64,000 bases of DNA from an uncultured Spirochaetota bacterium (GCA_963745235.1 CAVUXE010000097.1:1-64000), one strand, 5' to 3'. Positions 1 through 10,486 are shown, counted from the stretch's first letter. Made by a program: numbers and translations. The notes: a model not told the origin generated them from the sequence alone.

Positions 1-165
1 GATCAAGCGCTCATCGCACGCACGACCAGGCTTTTCACCTATGCATCTCCGGCCGACGGCGCGCAGGTGGACACCCTTCTGCTTTACCCTTCGATAGGAA
101 GTGAGCCCCGTCGGCTCGACACTGTCGTGACCGTCACGAGTGGGCGGCGTCGGGTCAGACTTATG

Positions 166-1488
166 CTACAGGACCTCCGTCCCCATCTCCATCACCCGGG
201 CGACGTTCTCGATGTCCACCACGTGCTTGCCCGTGAGCAGGCAGTAGTGGTGGGAATAGAACGATTTCATGATGGCGGGACCATCCTTGACCTTCAGGAG
301 AGCGCCGTTCCTGCAGTCCGTTCCCGCGTACTGGACATAGCTTTCCAGGTCTCCTGGCAATCGCCTGGATGCTCGTGAGCTCGGGATGCAGCTTCGCCAG
401 GGTCATGGGTCCCGTGGCCATTCGCGCGTCCATGGCGTGGGCATTGTCGTTCACGATGGCCAGGACCTTGGGCCGCAGCGTCCACTGCGTGCAGAACGGC
501 CGGGGCACCACGCCGAAGAAGCCGCAGTGCACCATGAGGAGGTGGTTCTCCGGCTCAGGCACATCGGGGAACTTGTCGATCTTCTCATGCTTGAGCGCCG
601 CTCCTCCCATGAGGAAGGGATAGAGGTTGCTCATCATGATGGGGTTCACCAGAGACCTCTCCAGGATGAACATCGTGAGCAGGGAGAGAGTGTCCGCCTC
701 GCAGGCCCAGATGAGGCGCCTGTCCTGGTACAGCAGGTCCCACGCCAGGCACGGAGTGGTGTCCGAGTACTCGGATTCGTTCAGGCAGTTGATGCCGGCG
801 CCCTGGATGGACGGGTCGGCTTCCACTTCGCGTTTCACCGCCACGTAGAGCTTCAGCGCCGAGCTGACCGGCCGGTTGCCAAGACCCTCCATGGGCACCG
901 TCCTGTTGTTCAAGGCCGCGCGCGCATCCGCGTCGCTGATCTGCCTTTGCCTGCTCCCCGAGGGTCTTGAAGCTCTTCTTCACGATCCGGATGCCGAACT
1001 TCTCCCGGATCAGCTCGCTGCGCCTTGTCCTCCCACCACCAGAAGCGCTTGAAGATCTCCGCCTGCTGGCCCCCGACCCCGGGCTTGTCCTGGAAGACGA
1101 GGAACTTCACCTCTTTCATCTCGCGCTTCAGCGCAAGAGCGCGGCAGATCTTCCGCGTCTGGTCGATGTGGTAGGGAGTGAAGGCGTTCATCCCCAGGCT
1201 CCGCATGAAGGTCACGATCTCCCAGTCCCACATGTTCACCGTGCCGAAATCCGACGTGAGCACGAGCACCGGGAGCTTGATCTTCTTCAGGGCGTCCAGC
1301 TGGGAAAACGCATCCCCGATGAGCTGGGGGAAAACCACGGCATCCGCGGCGGGAAGCTTCCCGCCGAGTGCAACGGGCGGAAGGACCTCCGCTTCCGCGG
1401 CCAGGAGGTCCTTCACAATGGCAAGGTGCGTCGCGAACTCCGCGTCCATCCCTGACTTGAAATGGACCGGAACGAGAGTTGCTTTCAT
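166..1488 (-). CDS. L-fucose/L-arabinose isomerase-like protein, split by about 3 frameshifts
   Basis: Consecutive fragments MKATLVPVHF.., KKSFKTLGE.., ..GAGINCLNES..WACEADTLSLLTM..HCGFFG.. and ..GTDCRNG..YSHHYCLLTG join into one ~440 aa protein. CEAD/HCG and the C-terminal HH resemble fucose-isomerase family metal motifs. Confidence 0.55.
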
Positions 1489-1499
1489 GGCAGCGCCTT

Positions 1500-2660
1500 T
1501 CAGCCGAGCTCCACGACTTTCCCGGTCTCCGCGGAGCGCAGGCCCGCCTCCAGGACTTCCATTTCCTTCATGCCGTCGTAGAAGTTCGGCTCGATCTTCG
1601 TCTTCGTCGCTACGGCCCTGAGGAAATCCACCACGGCGTGCACGAACTCGTGCTCGTAGCCGATGATGTGGCCGGGCGGCCACCAGTTGCCCACGTAGTC
1701 ATGGACGCCGCCTTCGGTGGCGATGATGGTCCGGAACCCCTGGGCGTTGGCCGGATCGTCATTGGAGAAGTACTGCAGCTCGTTCATCCGCTCCTGGTTG
1801 TAGAGGATGCTGCCCTTGCTTCCGTAGATCTCGAAGGAGTTGTAGTTCTTGCGCCCCGGAGCAAACCGCGTGGCCTCGAAGCTGCCCAGTGCTCCGTTGG
1901 CAAAAGTGACGGTCATGAAGGCCGCGTCTTCCACGTCAACGGTCCCCGTGCCCGTGCCCTTGGAGGCGCCGCTGAACGTGCCGGAGGCCACTTCGTCGGG
2001 AAGAGGGCGCTCCTTGATGAACTGCGCCGTCATGCCGACCACTTTCCTGATGTCACCGACCAGGTAGCGGGCAAGGTCAACGCTGTGGGAGTTCAGGTCC
2101 CCCTGGGGGCCGGAGCCCGCGAACTTCTTCTGCAGGTGCCACGTGAGGGGAAACTTCGGATCCACGATCCAGGACTGCAGGTAGGCCCCTCGCCAGTGGA
2201 AGATTCTTCCGACCTTGCCGTCATCGATGAGCTTCTTTGCCAGGCGGACCGCGGGGGTCCTCCGATAGTTGTGGTTGATGTAATGCGTGATGCCTTTCTT
2301 CTCCGCGGCCTCGTACATCTCCTTTGCCTGCGTGAGGTCCATGGCAAGGGGCTTCTCGCAGAAGATGTGCTTGCCGGCCTTGATGGCCTCCATGGCGATC
2401 TCGTAATGCAGGTACTGCGGCGCGCTGATGTCCACGATGTCCACGTCATCGCGGTGCACCATCTTCTTCCAGTCTGCTTCCGTGTGCTTCCATCCCCACT
2501 TGTCCGCAAAGGCCTTGAGGGATTCCTGGTGCCTGCCGCAGGCACACTGGAGGACGGGCTGCGCGTCCAGGTCGAAGAAAAGCGGCGCCTGCTTCCACCC
2601 GTTGGAGTGCGCCTTTCCCATGAACTTGTAACCGACAATGCCGACGTTCAGAGTCTTCAC
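1500..2660 (-). CDS. Gfo/Idh/MocA family oxidoreductase
   Basis: VGIVGYKFMGKAH, HIFCEKPLA, GDLNSHSVD motifs. Confidence 0.9.
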   Translation of the reverse strand: MKTLNVGIVGYKFMGKAHSNGWKQAPLFFDLDAQPVLQCACGRHQESLKAFADKWGWKHTEADWKKMVHRDDVDIVDISAPQYLHYEIAMEAIKAGKHIFCEKPLAMDLTQAKEMYEAAEKKGITHYINHNYRRTPAVRLAKKLIDDGKVGRIFHWRGAYLQSWIVDPKFPLTWHLQKKFAGSGPQGDLNSHSVDLARYLVGDIRKVVGMTAQFIKERPLPDEVASGTFSGASKGTGTGTVDVEDAAFMTVTFANGALGSFEATRFAPGRKNYNSFEIYGSKGSILYNQERMNELQYFSNDDPANAQGFRTIIATEGGVHDYVGNWWPPGHIIGYEHEFVHAVVDFLRAVATKTKIEPNFYDGMKEMEVLEAGLRSAETGKVVELG

Positions 2661-2670
2661 CGCGCGCCTC

Positions 2671-3531
2671 CTATTTTACGGAGTTGGCAATCCGTCGCAG
2701 CTCTTTGATGCTCTTTGCCACGGCCTTGTCCTCGTCCCAGTTGTAGTCGGGATGGAGGAAGTCGATCTCCACAGCGAGGAAACCCTCGTAGCTCGCATTC
2801 TTCAGCAACTGCGCCAGCTTCTGGTTGTCCACCAGCCCGTCTCCCACGGGCGTGGAGGAGAAGAAGTACCAGTCGTCCACCGACGCTTCCCGGTTGGGCT
2901 TCAGGTCTTTGACGTGCGTCGAGATCGTGTACTTTGCCAGCTTCTCCATTCCCTTGATCGGATCATCCAGCACCCTCATGAAATTGCCGGTGTCGAAGTT
3001 GATTCCGAAGTATGGTGAGTTCACGGTCTTGATCAGGGAGAGCATCTCATCCGAGTTGAAGTCGATGTGGTTCTCATCCGCGATCTTTATATCGTGCTTC
3101 GCGGCAACCTTGACGGCCTCCGAGAACTGTTTCGCAAGCTTCTCCAGCATCGGGCCGTGCGGCTCATTGCGAAACTCGAGGCTGGCCCCGCAGACCCGCA
3201 TGACCTTGGCGCCGATGGCGGCGGCGTACTCAATGCTCTTCATCATGTCCGCGAACGCCTTCTCGCTCCTCCCGCCTTCCAATCCGTCCGGGTGGCCCCA
3301 CGCGTAGACCCGGTCCAGCTTGTATTCGTCCAGCATCCCCTTGACCTCGCTGAGGTAGCTCGCGTCGAGCCGGGCGATGAGAGGAGGCTCGACAGCGACG
3401 CCGTCCACCTTCAGCTCGTGTGCGCGCTTGAGAAACCACTCCAGGTCATGCCTCACCGTGGTCGGCTTTTGGCCTGTGGCAATATCCCCCCAGAACCTGT
3501 GATAGCAGTAACTGTCGATGCCGATCTTCAT
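2671..3531 (-). CDS. Sugar phosphate isomerase/epimerase family (xylose-isomerase-like TIM barrel)
   Basis: Start MKIGIDSY with GGAGG RBS; ENH, NFDTGN, THVKD and AVE metal-binding motifs. Confidence 0.85.
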   Translation of the reverse strand: MKIGIDSYCYHRFWGDIATGQKPTTVRHDLEWFLKRAHELKVDGVAVEPPLIARLDASYLSEVKGMLDEYKLDRVYAWGHPDGLEGGRSEKAFADMMKSIEYAAAIGAKVMRVCGASLEFRNEPHGPMLEKLAKQFSEAVKVAAKHDIKIADENHIDFNSDEMLSLIKTVNSPYFGINFDTGNFMRVLDDPIKGMEKLAKYTISTHVKDLKPNREASVDDWYFFSSTPVGDGLVDNQKLAQLLKNASYEGFLAVEIDFLHPDYNWDEDKAVAKSIKELRRIANSVK

Positions 3532-3577
3532 TCCGCTGCCTCCTGATCCGAGCTGTTGATGTCTGTGCTTTCCCGGG

Positions 3578-3606
3578 ATCGTACTCCCCGCGAAAGCAAT
3601 TGTCAA
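3578..3606 (-). promoter_or_regulatory. Internal sigma-70 promoter
   Basis: Minus strand TTGACA-17 nt-TACGAT upstream of the gene starting at 3531. Confidence 0.6.
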
Positions 3607-3652
3607 CAAATGAAAGAAATCGACAAACCATGGAGCGCGACGCGGGCCGGCT

Positions 3653-4889
3653 TCACGTATGCTTTTCCGTCTCCGCGAGGGCACCCTTCTCCTTGCGCAG
3701 CTGCTTCAGCTCCTCCGTGTATTCCCTCTCGTAGGTCGAGCAGCCAACGGGGACCTGCCTGATGAGGAACTCGATGCAGTTGTCGCACACGGTGCACCAC
3801 TTGATCTCATCTTCTTTTCCCTGCTCGAGCTTGGACGTGAAAAGCGGGTCGGCCAGCGACTGGCGACCCAGCGCGACCATGTCACACACTCCGTCCCTGA
3901 TGTTCTTGTTCCCCCAGTACAGGAGCGAGGACTCCTCCCTCTTCACACCCCGGAAGTTGTTCTTGCCGTTCCTGTAGATCGAGTTGTTGGAGCCGATGAC
4001 AGCCGTCTCCGGCTTCAACACCGACCTGAGCTGCTTCTGGAAGCCGAAGTGCAGGTACGACGTCTCTGGCACGTTCTTGAACGCCTGCACGATCGACAGG
4101 GTGAGAGACGGGTTCCCGGCGGACTCAATGATGTACTTTGCGCCGCGGGCCTCCAGTCCTTTCACGAGATCCAGCGGCTCGGTGAGGTCCATGATCGGAG
4201 TGTCAGGACCGGCGCTTCCCATGCCGCCCGGCAGCCCTTCCCACATGGAGATCTTCGAGCCCACGATGAAATCGGGATCGTTGATCTCTTTCGCCATGCG
4301 CTCGTAGAACTCGTAGGCGAACCGCGTCCGGTTGGCCCACGAGCCGCCGTACTTCCAGCGGCGGTCATTGAACGGCCGCAGGATCTGGGAGCCCAGGTAG
4401 CCGTGACAGAGCTTGAAGTCCACGCCGTCGGCGCCGCAGTCATGGGCCATCTTCGCGGCATACACGAACCGCTCCAGGATTTCGTCCACCTCCTCATCCC
4501 GGAGAAGCCGGCCCTCGTACCCGGGGAACGGCTTTACGCAGACGCGTTCGGAGAACTCGGGGCTGGAAAGCTCTCCCGAGTGGGTGAGCTGCCAGAGGAT
4601 GAGCGGCTTGGGGTTGGCCTTCCGCATGGCGGCAACGAGGTCCGTGAGGCCCTTCTGGTTCTGCGGAAGCGCGGTGAGCTGGTGCAGTCTCCCGCGGTTC
4701 TCGTCCACCACGGACAACGCCTCCACCACGATGACTCCCGCATCCCCGCGGGCCAGCCGTTCGTAGCGGCGGAAAGCGGTGTGCGTGGGGTTGCCGTTCG
4801 TATCCGCGTCGCAGCATTCCATCGCGTTGATGGCGATCCTGTTTCCGGGCAGTCTTGTTCCCGATCCTGATCGGCGTCAGGAGCGGCAT
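3653..4889 (-). CDS. NADH:flavin oxidoreductase (Old Yellow Enzyme family), frameshift near 4845
   Basis: MPLLTPIRIGNKT/NRIAINAME start; QLTHSG, DGVDFKLCHGYLGSQIL, YGGSWANR, DMVALGRQSLADP, CTVCDNC. Confidence 0.85.
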
Positions 4890-4913
4890 CGTTTCCTTCA
4901 TCGAGTCTCCTCT

Positions 4914-5303
4914 CTAAATCTTCTGACAGAGCTCCAGCGTCACGCCATTGGGGTCAAGGAACAGCATGACTCTCGCGCCCAGGGAAGGGATGTCCGTTGT
5001 CGGCAGCACGATCCTGACCCCCTTCCCGCGAAGCGTTTCCTCCAAAGCTGCAACATCGTCCACGGAAAACGCCAGGTGGCGCAATCCGACTTCACTCTCC
5101 TCCCGCGCTTCGTCTTTGCTCCTGCCCGCGTAGTCGAACAGCTCCATCCTGCCGCCGCCGGGGATCTCGAAGTACGTGATGGAGAATCCGTCCATGGGCA
5201 CCGTCTGAAGTCTTCGGAATCCCAGGATGCCTCCGTAGAACGCCACGGAGGCGTCAAAGTCCTTCACGTTGATGGAAACGTGGTCGATTGCGCGGATTGT
5301 CAT
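4914..5303 (-). CDS. VOC/glyoxalase family protein
   Basis: IDHVSINV..FYGGILG, HLAFSVDD, FLDPNGVTLEL. Confidence 0.9.
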   Translation of the reverse strand: MTIRAIDHVSINVKDFDASVAFYGGILGFRRLQTVPMDGFSITYFEIPGGGRMELFDYAGRSKDEAREESEVGLRHLAFSVDDVAALEETLRGKGVRIVLPTTDIPSLGARVMLFLDPNGVTLELCQKI

Positions 5304-5310
5304 CAGCGGC

Positions 5311-6375
5311 CTACTTGCTCAGGATCTCTCTCTTGGAGATATCCGACGAGACGAACACCTTGAACAGGGCCGGATTGGTGCGAAGCTCCTTCAGCGCGCT
5401 TTCCAGCTCCTCCAGCGGGACGATCATGGAGAACAGCGGCTCGGGCTTGATCCTCCCGTATGCAATCAGGTCCATGGCGTCCGTCCAGTCCGGGCCCACC
5501 CCGGCGCATGAGCCGGTGACCTTCTTTTCCTGGAGCACGAAGTCGAAGGGCTTGATCTTGATCGTGTCGTCTCCCGCGCAGATGCCGAAGGCGGTCAGCG
5601 TCCCGCCTCGTCGCGTCATGGCCCACGCCTGCTCGTAGGTGCGGGGAGTCCCCACCGCCTCGATGACGAAGTCCGCCCCGCGGCCGTCGGTCAGCTTCAT
5701 GACCTCTTCCAGCGGGTCCTTTCCGTCCTTGATGTTGATCGTGACGTCAACGCCCATGTCCCTTGCGATGGCAAGCCGCTTGGCGTTGTCTCCGATCAGG
5801 ATGACCGGCGCCGCTCCCCGCAGCTTGGCGAGGAGGCTGTGCAACACTCCGAGACCGCTCCCGATGACGGCAACCGAGCTGCCATGCGTCACGCCGGCCG
5901 CCTTGGAGGAGTGAATGACGCAGGAGACAGGCTCAATGAACGCGGCCTGGAGGAAGCTCAGGTTCTCCGGCAGCTTGTGCACCTGCTCCCAGGGAGCTTT
6001 CACGTACTCCGCGTAGGTGCCGTTCACGTGGATGCCCAGCTGGTGAAACTCCGGACACAGGAGCTTCTCTCCCTTGCGGCACCAGTAGCAGGTGCCGCAG
6101 CCCATGTTGATGTCCGCCGTGACCCGGTCCCCCTCCTTCAGGTTGCGCGCCTTCTTCCCGACCTGGGCGATGGTGCCTGAGAACTCGTGCCCGGGAATGA
6201 GGGGCAGCTTGTCCGCGGAGTATTTGCCGGTGTAGATGCTCCAGTCCGTGCCGCAGATGCCTGTGAACTTGACCTTGATCAGGACCTCGTCATCCGAGAT
6301 CTCGGGGACCGGGACCTGCTTGATGACCAGCTTCTCGATCTTCTCCACAACAGCGGCCTTCATTGTCTTTGCCAT
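5311..6375 (-). CDS. Zinc-dependent alcohol/polyol dehydrogenase
   Basis: GICGTD, GHEFSG, CGTCYWC..C structural Zn motif; start MAKTMKAA after a purine-rich RBS. Confidence 0.9.
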   Translation of the reverse strand: MAKTMKAAVVEKIEKLVIKQVPVPEISDDEVLIKVKFTGICGTDWSIYTGKYSADKLPLIPGHEFSGTIAQVGKKARNLKEGDRVTADINMGCGTCYWCRKGEKLLCPEFHQLGIHVNGTYAEYVKAPWEQVHKLPENLSFLQAAFIEPVSCVIHSSKAAGVTHGSSVAVIGSGLGVLHSLLAKLRGAAPVILIGDNAKRLAIARDMGVDVTINIKDGKDPLEEVMKLTDGRGADFVIEAVGTPRTYEQAWAMTRRGGTLTAFGICAGDDTIKIKPFDFVLQEKKVTGSCAGVGPDWTDAMDLIAYGRIKPEPLFSMIVPLEELESALKELRTNPALFKVFVSSDISKREILSK

Positions 6376-6389
6376 GGCATGCCTTCCTT

Positions 6390-7361
6390 TCAGGTAAACA
6401 GAACGTCGTGTCGGCCCTCGTAGGGCTTCTCGATGAGCAGCGGCTTCAGGTAGGCAATCGTCTTCGTGATGCCGTCCTGCCGGCTCATGGTTACATCCTC
6501 GTGCTCGTAGCTCATCACGTAATCGTATCCGATCATGGAGAGCTCCGTGATCACTTTCTTCCAGGGCACCGATCCCCATCCGGGGATGCGGAAGCGGAAC
6601 CCGCGCCCCAGCCTCTGCCAGTCCCCCTGCGGGATGCGGCCCGAGCGCTTCACGTTGTGCTCCACCACCTCGCCGTCTTTCGCGTGCACGTGGAGGATGT
6701 GCCCCTTGAGCTGGTCGATGAAGTTTTCCACGTTGATGTCGAGGTAGATGAGGTTGGCGGGGTCGAAGTTGAACCCGAACTCCTTCCTGTTGCCCAGGAG
6801 CTCGACGGCCCGCAGCGCCGTGTCCACGTCGTACACCAGCTCGTTGGGGTGCGGCTCGTGGGCGAACTTCACCCCGTACTCGCGGAACTTGTCCAGGATC
6901 CTGCCCCACCGCTCCACGAGCTCCTGCTCCATGTCTGCCCAGCCCTTGGAGTATGGCCAGGGGAAGAACCTGCCGAAGTTCTCGCAGCCGAGGAAGCCGG
7001 TCACCACGGGGACGCCCAGGGCGTTCGCCGCCGCGGCGGTCTTCACCATCCGCTCCGTGCCGAACGTGATCTTCTCTTCCTTGGTGCCCTTGAAGATCGC
7101 GTCGGTGTCCTTGCCGTACGGCCCGAGGACGATCTGCCCCTCCGGGTGGTTTGCCAGGGCGGAGATGATCAGGCCGTGCCCGTTCACCATCTTCAGAAGG
7201 GTCTTCGCATTCGAGCCCTTCACCACGTCCTCGATGTCCAGGTGCGGGTTGCCCGCGAAAGCGGGCATCTCGATTGCCTGGTAGCCGAGGCTCGCCGCCA
7301 TGGCGCAGACCTCTTCCAGCTTCTTGTCCAGGAAGGTTGCCGTGAACAGACCAATTTTCAT
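6390..7361 (-). CDS. Sugar phosphate isomerase/epimerase (IolE/MocC-like TIM barrel)
   Basis: EPHP, FNFDPANL, HVHAKD, FRIPGWG, SYEHED motifs. Confidence 0.88.
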   Translation of the reverse strand: MKIGLFTATFLDKKLEEVCAMAASLGYQAIEMPAFAGNPHLDIEDVVKGSNAKTLLKMVNGHGLIISALANHPEGQIVLGPYGKDTDAIFKGTKEEKITFGTERMVKTAAAANALGVPVVTGFLGCENFGRFFPWPYSKGWADMEQELVERWGRILDKFREYGVKFAHEPHPNELVYDVDTALRAVELLGNRKEFGFNFDPANLIYLDINVENFIDQLKGHILHVHAKDGEVVEHNVKRSGRIPQGDWQRLGRGFRFRIPGWGSVPWKKVITELSMIGYDYVMSYEHEDVTMSRQDGITKTIAYLKPLLIEKPYEGRHDVLFT

Positions 7362-8884
7362 ACCATTCCCTCCTTCTCGACCTCTATTCCCTTCAGCATG
7401 TCGCCAAGGGCAGCCTCGTTCCTTCTCATGAGCTCGAATGCCGGGGCGAGCTTTCGATAAGTCACCACGTTCGCCGGTATGGGCTTCTGGACGCTTTCCA
7501 CCGTGTGCGCTTCATCGACTCTTGCAAAGCTCTTCCAGAGCCCCGCGCCCACCGCCGCCACCGCCGCCGCCCCGAGAGTCGCGGCTTCCTGGTCCACGTT
7601 CGTCTTCACGCAATCCATGCGGTAGACGTCAGCAAAGATCTGGCGCCAGAGCCTGCTCTTGCTGCCGCCGCCCACCATGAGCATTTCGTTTGACAGCGGC
7701 ACGAACCGCCGCAGCACCTCGAGCACGGCGCCGAGGTTCAGCGCGATCCCTTCCATGCCGGCGCGGACAAGGTCCGCGCGGGTATGGCGGAGGTCGATCC
7801 CGGCAAAGGCCCCGCGGATGTTCGGGCTGGGCTCCTGCGAGCTGCCCCCGGCAAGGCTCGGGTTGAAGAGGAGCTTGTTCGCCCCGACGGGAGAGGAAGC
7901 GGCAAGCTCGTTCATGGCGTCGTAGGAACCGCCCGCGAAGAGGACGTCACGGATCCATCGGAAGGAGCTCCCGCCCGCGAAGATGCTGACAGCGGACGTG
8001 AACAGGCCGGGCACCACGTGCGCGAACACGTAGGGCCGGGCCGCAGCGTCAAGGACAGGCTTTTTCGAGGACACGGCGATCCAGGAAGAAGAGCCAAGGG
8101 ACGTGTACACCCTGCCCTCTTCCGTGTTGCGCGCCCCCAGCGCCATGCAGGAGTTGTCCACGCCTCCGCAGGCCACCTTCACGGAGCGCGGCAGGCCCAG
8201 CGCCTCTGCCGCTGCGGCGCACAGCGTGCCGACGATCTCCGTGGAAGGGACGATGGTCGGGAAGATCTCCTCGGGAAGCCCGCTGGACCTGATGAGCTGG
8301 GGATCATACTTCCAGGCAGCAAGGTCATACACGCCGGAGCCCGAAGCGTAGGAGAAGTCCGTGAGGATCCGGCCGGTGAGCTTCAGGTTGATGTAATCCT
8401 TCGAGCCGATGATCCGGTGCACCCGGGAGAACATCTCCGGCTCGACGTCCCGGTACCACATGACCTTGAAAACCGAGTAGCATGCAGCGGGAAAGCCGTT
8501 GCCGGTCGTCATGTACCAGCGCTTCTCCTCGGTTCTCTTGAAGAAGTCCACGGTCTGCCGGACGGCGCGAGTGTCCGACCAGATGGGAGTCGTCTCCCTC
8601 AGGAGGCGCCCCTCCTTGTCAACGGGGATGACCCCGAGGCTCTGTCCGGAAATGGCCAGGCACTCGATGTCGGAGCCGGCGGTCCCGCTTTCTTCCAGCA
8701 GGCGATGGGTGCTCGCCACGATGGCATTCCACCAGTCCTCGGGGCGCTGCTCATGCCAGCCCGCGTCAGGGTAGACCGTTTCGTAGGAAACGAACGTGGT
8801 GGAGATGCAGGCGCCATCAAGGTCGTACAGCGAAGCCTTGCTCCCGCCCGTGCCAAGGTCGTATGCAATGATCTTCATCGCCAT
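7358..8884 (-). CDS. FGGY family carbohydrate kinase (xylulokinase-like)
   Basis: YDLGTGGSK, WSDTR, GGVDNSC, GGGSKS. Confidence 0.9.
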   Translation of the reverse strand: MAMKIIAYDLGTGGSKASLYDLDGACISTTFVSYETVYPDAGWHEQRPEDWWNAIVASTHRLLEESGTAGSDIECLAISGQSLGVIPVDKEGRLLRETTPIWSDTRAVRQTVDFFKRTEEKRWYMTTGNGFPAACYSVFKVMWYRDVEPEMFSRVHRIIGSKDYINLKLTGRILTDFSYASGSGVYDLAAWKYDPQLIRSSGLPEEIFPTIVPSTEIVGTLCAAAAEALGLPRSVKVACGGVDNSCMALGARNTEEGRVYTSLGSSSWIAVSSKKPVLDAAARPYVFAHVVPGLFTSAVSIFAGGSSFRWIRDVLFAGGSYDAMNELAASSPVGANKLLFNPSLAGGSSQEPSPNIRGAFAGIDLRHTRADLVRAGMEGIALNLGAVLEVLRRFVPLSNEMLMVGGGSKSRLWRQIFADVYRMDCVKTNVDQEAATLGAAAVAAVGAGLWKSFARVDEAHTVESVQKPIPANVVTYRKLAPAFELMRRNEAALGDMLKGIEVEKEGMV

Positions 8885-8894
8885 GCCGGTCCCC

Positions 8895-9593
8895 TCAGAT
8901 CTCTACGCAGCCGCCGGGCATTGCTGACACCGAGCGGACGATCTCCACTGCCGTCGTGAGGTTGATGCCGAACCGCGCCACGCCCAGGCGATGCATCGCG
9001 ACCAGCGTGTCGAGGGTGCGGATGCCTCCGGCAGCCTTCACCTTGATCCTCCCCCCGACAATGGAGGTTATGGAACGGACCACGTCCAGCGTGGCGCCGC
9101 TTGGCGCCCACCCCGTTGCCGTCTTCACGAAGCTCGCGCCGCCCGCAATGCACGCCTCGCATGCATCCCGCATCTGGACGGGGTCCAGGTAATGGACCTC
9201 GATGATGACCTTCACGGGCACGGGCTTCACCGCATCCACCACGGCGCGGATCTCCTCCCGGCAGTACGCGACCTCCCCTGAGCGCAGCTTGCCGACGTTC
9301 AGCATCATGTCCATTTCCTGGACGCCGTCCTGGACGAGCATCCTGGCCTCGGCGAGCTTGATCTCGGTCCGATGCCCGCCGCCAGGAAACCCCACGGGGG
9401 CGCCCACCATGATGTCCGGGCTTCCGGCAAGGGAATCGCAGAGAAACGGCACCCAGCAGGGCAGGACGTGAACGGCAATGAAGTGGTGCGTGCGGGCAGC
9501 GAGAACCATCTCGCGGATCTCGGCTTCTCCGTGCGCGGCCTGAACGGCGCTGATGTCGATGAGTCGGGCAATCTCGCGGGCGCTGAGCTTCAT
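8895..9593 (-). CDS. deoC: Deoxyribose-phosphate aldolase family
   Basis: VGFPGG, EMDMMLN, KVIIE, FVKTATG, VKAAGGIR. Confidence 0.88.
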   Translation of the reverse strand: MKLSAREIARLIDISAVQAAHGEAEIREMVLAARTHHFIAVHVLPCWVPFLCDSLAGSPDIMVGAPVGFPGGGHRTEIKLAEARMLVQDGVQEMDMMLNVGKLRSGEVAYCREEIRAVVDAVKPVPVKVIIEVHYLDPVQMRDACEACIAGGASFVKTATGWAPSGATLDVVRSITSIVGGRIKVKAAGGIRTLDTLVAMHRLGVARFGINLTTAVEIVRSVSAMPGGCVEI

Positions 9594-10330
9594 GATCTGT
9601 TGGTTCTCCTGGAAGGGCGTTCCTTCGTATGGACGCAGTATTCGTAGCGCTCGGCCACAATGAGCAGGATGGCCACTTCCACCGGCCTGCCTCCGCTGTG
9701 CGTGATCCTGCGAACGACAAGAAGGGGGGAGGTTCGCGGGACGCCGAGCTTCTCCGCCTCCGGCGGGCTTGGCTGCCGCGCGGAGATGAAATCCGTGGCC
9801 GCTTCGATGACGATGTGATACTCGGATTCAAGGAAAGAATAGAGAGAGCTCATTCCATCCAGGCGTTTCTCGATTCCCGGCGCCAGGTCCGGCACGAGGT
9901 AATTGGTCATGAGGGCGATCGGGGTGCCGTTGGCAAGGGTCACACGGTCGATCCTGAGCAGCCGGTCCCCGGGATCCAGCTTCAGGTCGGAGGCGATGTG
10001 GCGCGGCGCCGGAACGAAATCCACCGAGATCCCGGTCTGCGCTACCGTGAAACCCTGTTCGCGAAGCGTCTCCGAGAACGAGGTGACGTATTGGAGCTTC
10101 TGGGTGGCCTTGAAGTCGAGGACTTCGGTCCCTCTCCCCTGCCGCGTGTAGAGGAAACCCTGCTGGGCAAGCATCTCCACGGCTTTCCTGACGGTGGTCC
10201 TGCTGACCTGAAACTTCTTCTGCAGGTCCGGCTCAGGCGGCAGGAGATCCCCGACCTTGTAGTCGCCTACCTCGATCTGGGTTTTCAGAGAGTTGTAGAC
10301 CCACTGGTAGCGTGGGATGGACCGCTCCAT
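9590..10330 (-). CDS. GntR family transcriptional regulator (HutC/UTRA type)
   Basis: LPPEPDL..FQVSRTTVRKA..QGRGT wHTH followed by a UTRA-like domain. Confidence 0.92.
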   Translation of the reverse strand: MERSIPRYQWVYNSLKTQIEVGDYKVGDLLPPEPDLQKKFQVSRTTVRKAVEMLAQQGFLYTRQGRGTEVLDFKATQKLQYVTSFSETLREQGFTVAQTGISVDFVPAPRHIASDLKLDPGDRLLRIDRVTLANGTPIALMTNYLVPDLAPGIEKRLDGMSSLYSFLESEYHIVIEAATDFISARQPSPPEAEKLGVPRTSPLLVVRRITHSGGRPVEVAILLIVAERYEYCVHTKERPSRRTNRS

Positions 10331-10359
10331 TCGCGCGGAACCTCACCCATGAGATGATT

Positions 10360-10377
10360 CATCATGACGTCATGATG
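10360..10377. promoter_or_regulatory. Perfect 18-bp palindrome, candidate GntR operator
   Basis: CATCATGACGTCATGATG, just downstream of the minus-strand promoter; weaker copy TCCTGACATCATAT at 10427-10440. Confidence 0.6.
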
Positions 10378-10390
10378 TTTTGGAGGTTTC

Positions 10391-10419
10391 AGCCTAACAT
10401 GGGTTTTTTGATATGTCAA
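10391..10419 (-). promoter_or_regulatory. Sigma-70 promoter of the gntR operon
   Basis: TTGACA-17 nt-TAGGCT with extended TG. Confidence 0.6.
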
Positions 10420-10458
10420 GCAAAATTCCTGACATCATATGACAAAAAAGAGAAACAC

Positions 10459-10486
10459 TTGACAGAAAACAAAATCGATGGACAAT
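10459..10486 (+). promoter_or_regulatory. Sigma-70 promoter of the divergent operon
   Basis: TTGACA-16 nt-GACAAT in AT-rich intergenic DNA. Confidence 0.5.

Noticed and set aside
1-378. Plus-strand reading frame entering from the left edge
   Set aside because: It may be the tail of an upstream gene, but it has no recognisable motif and overlaps the isomerase-like gene, so it cannot be supported.
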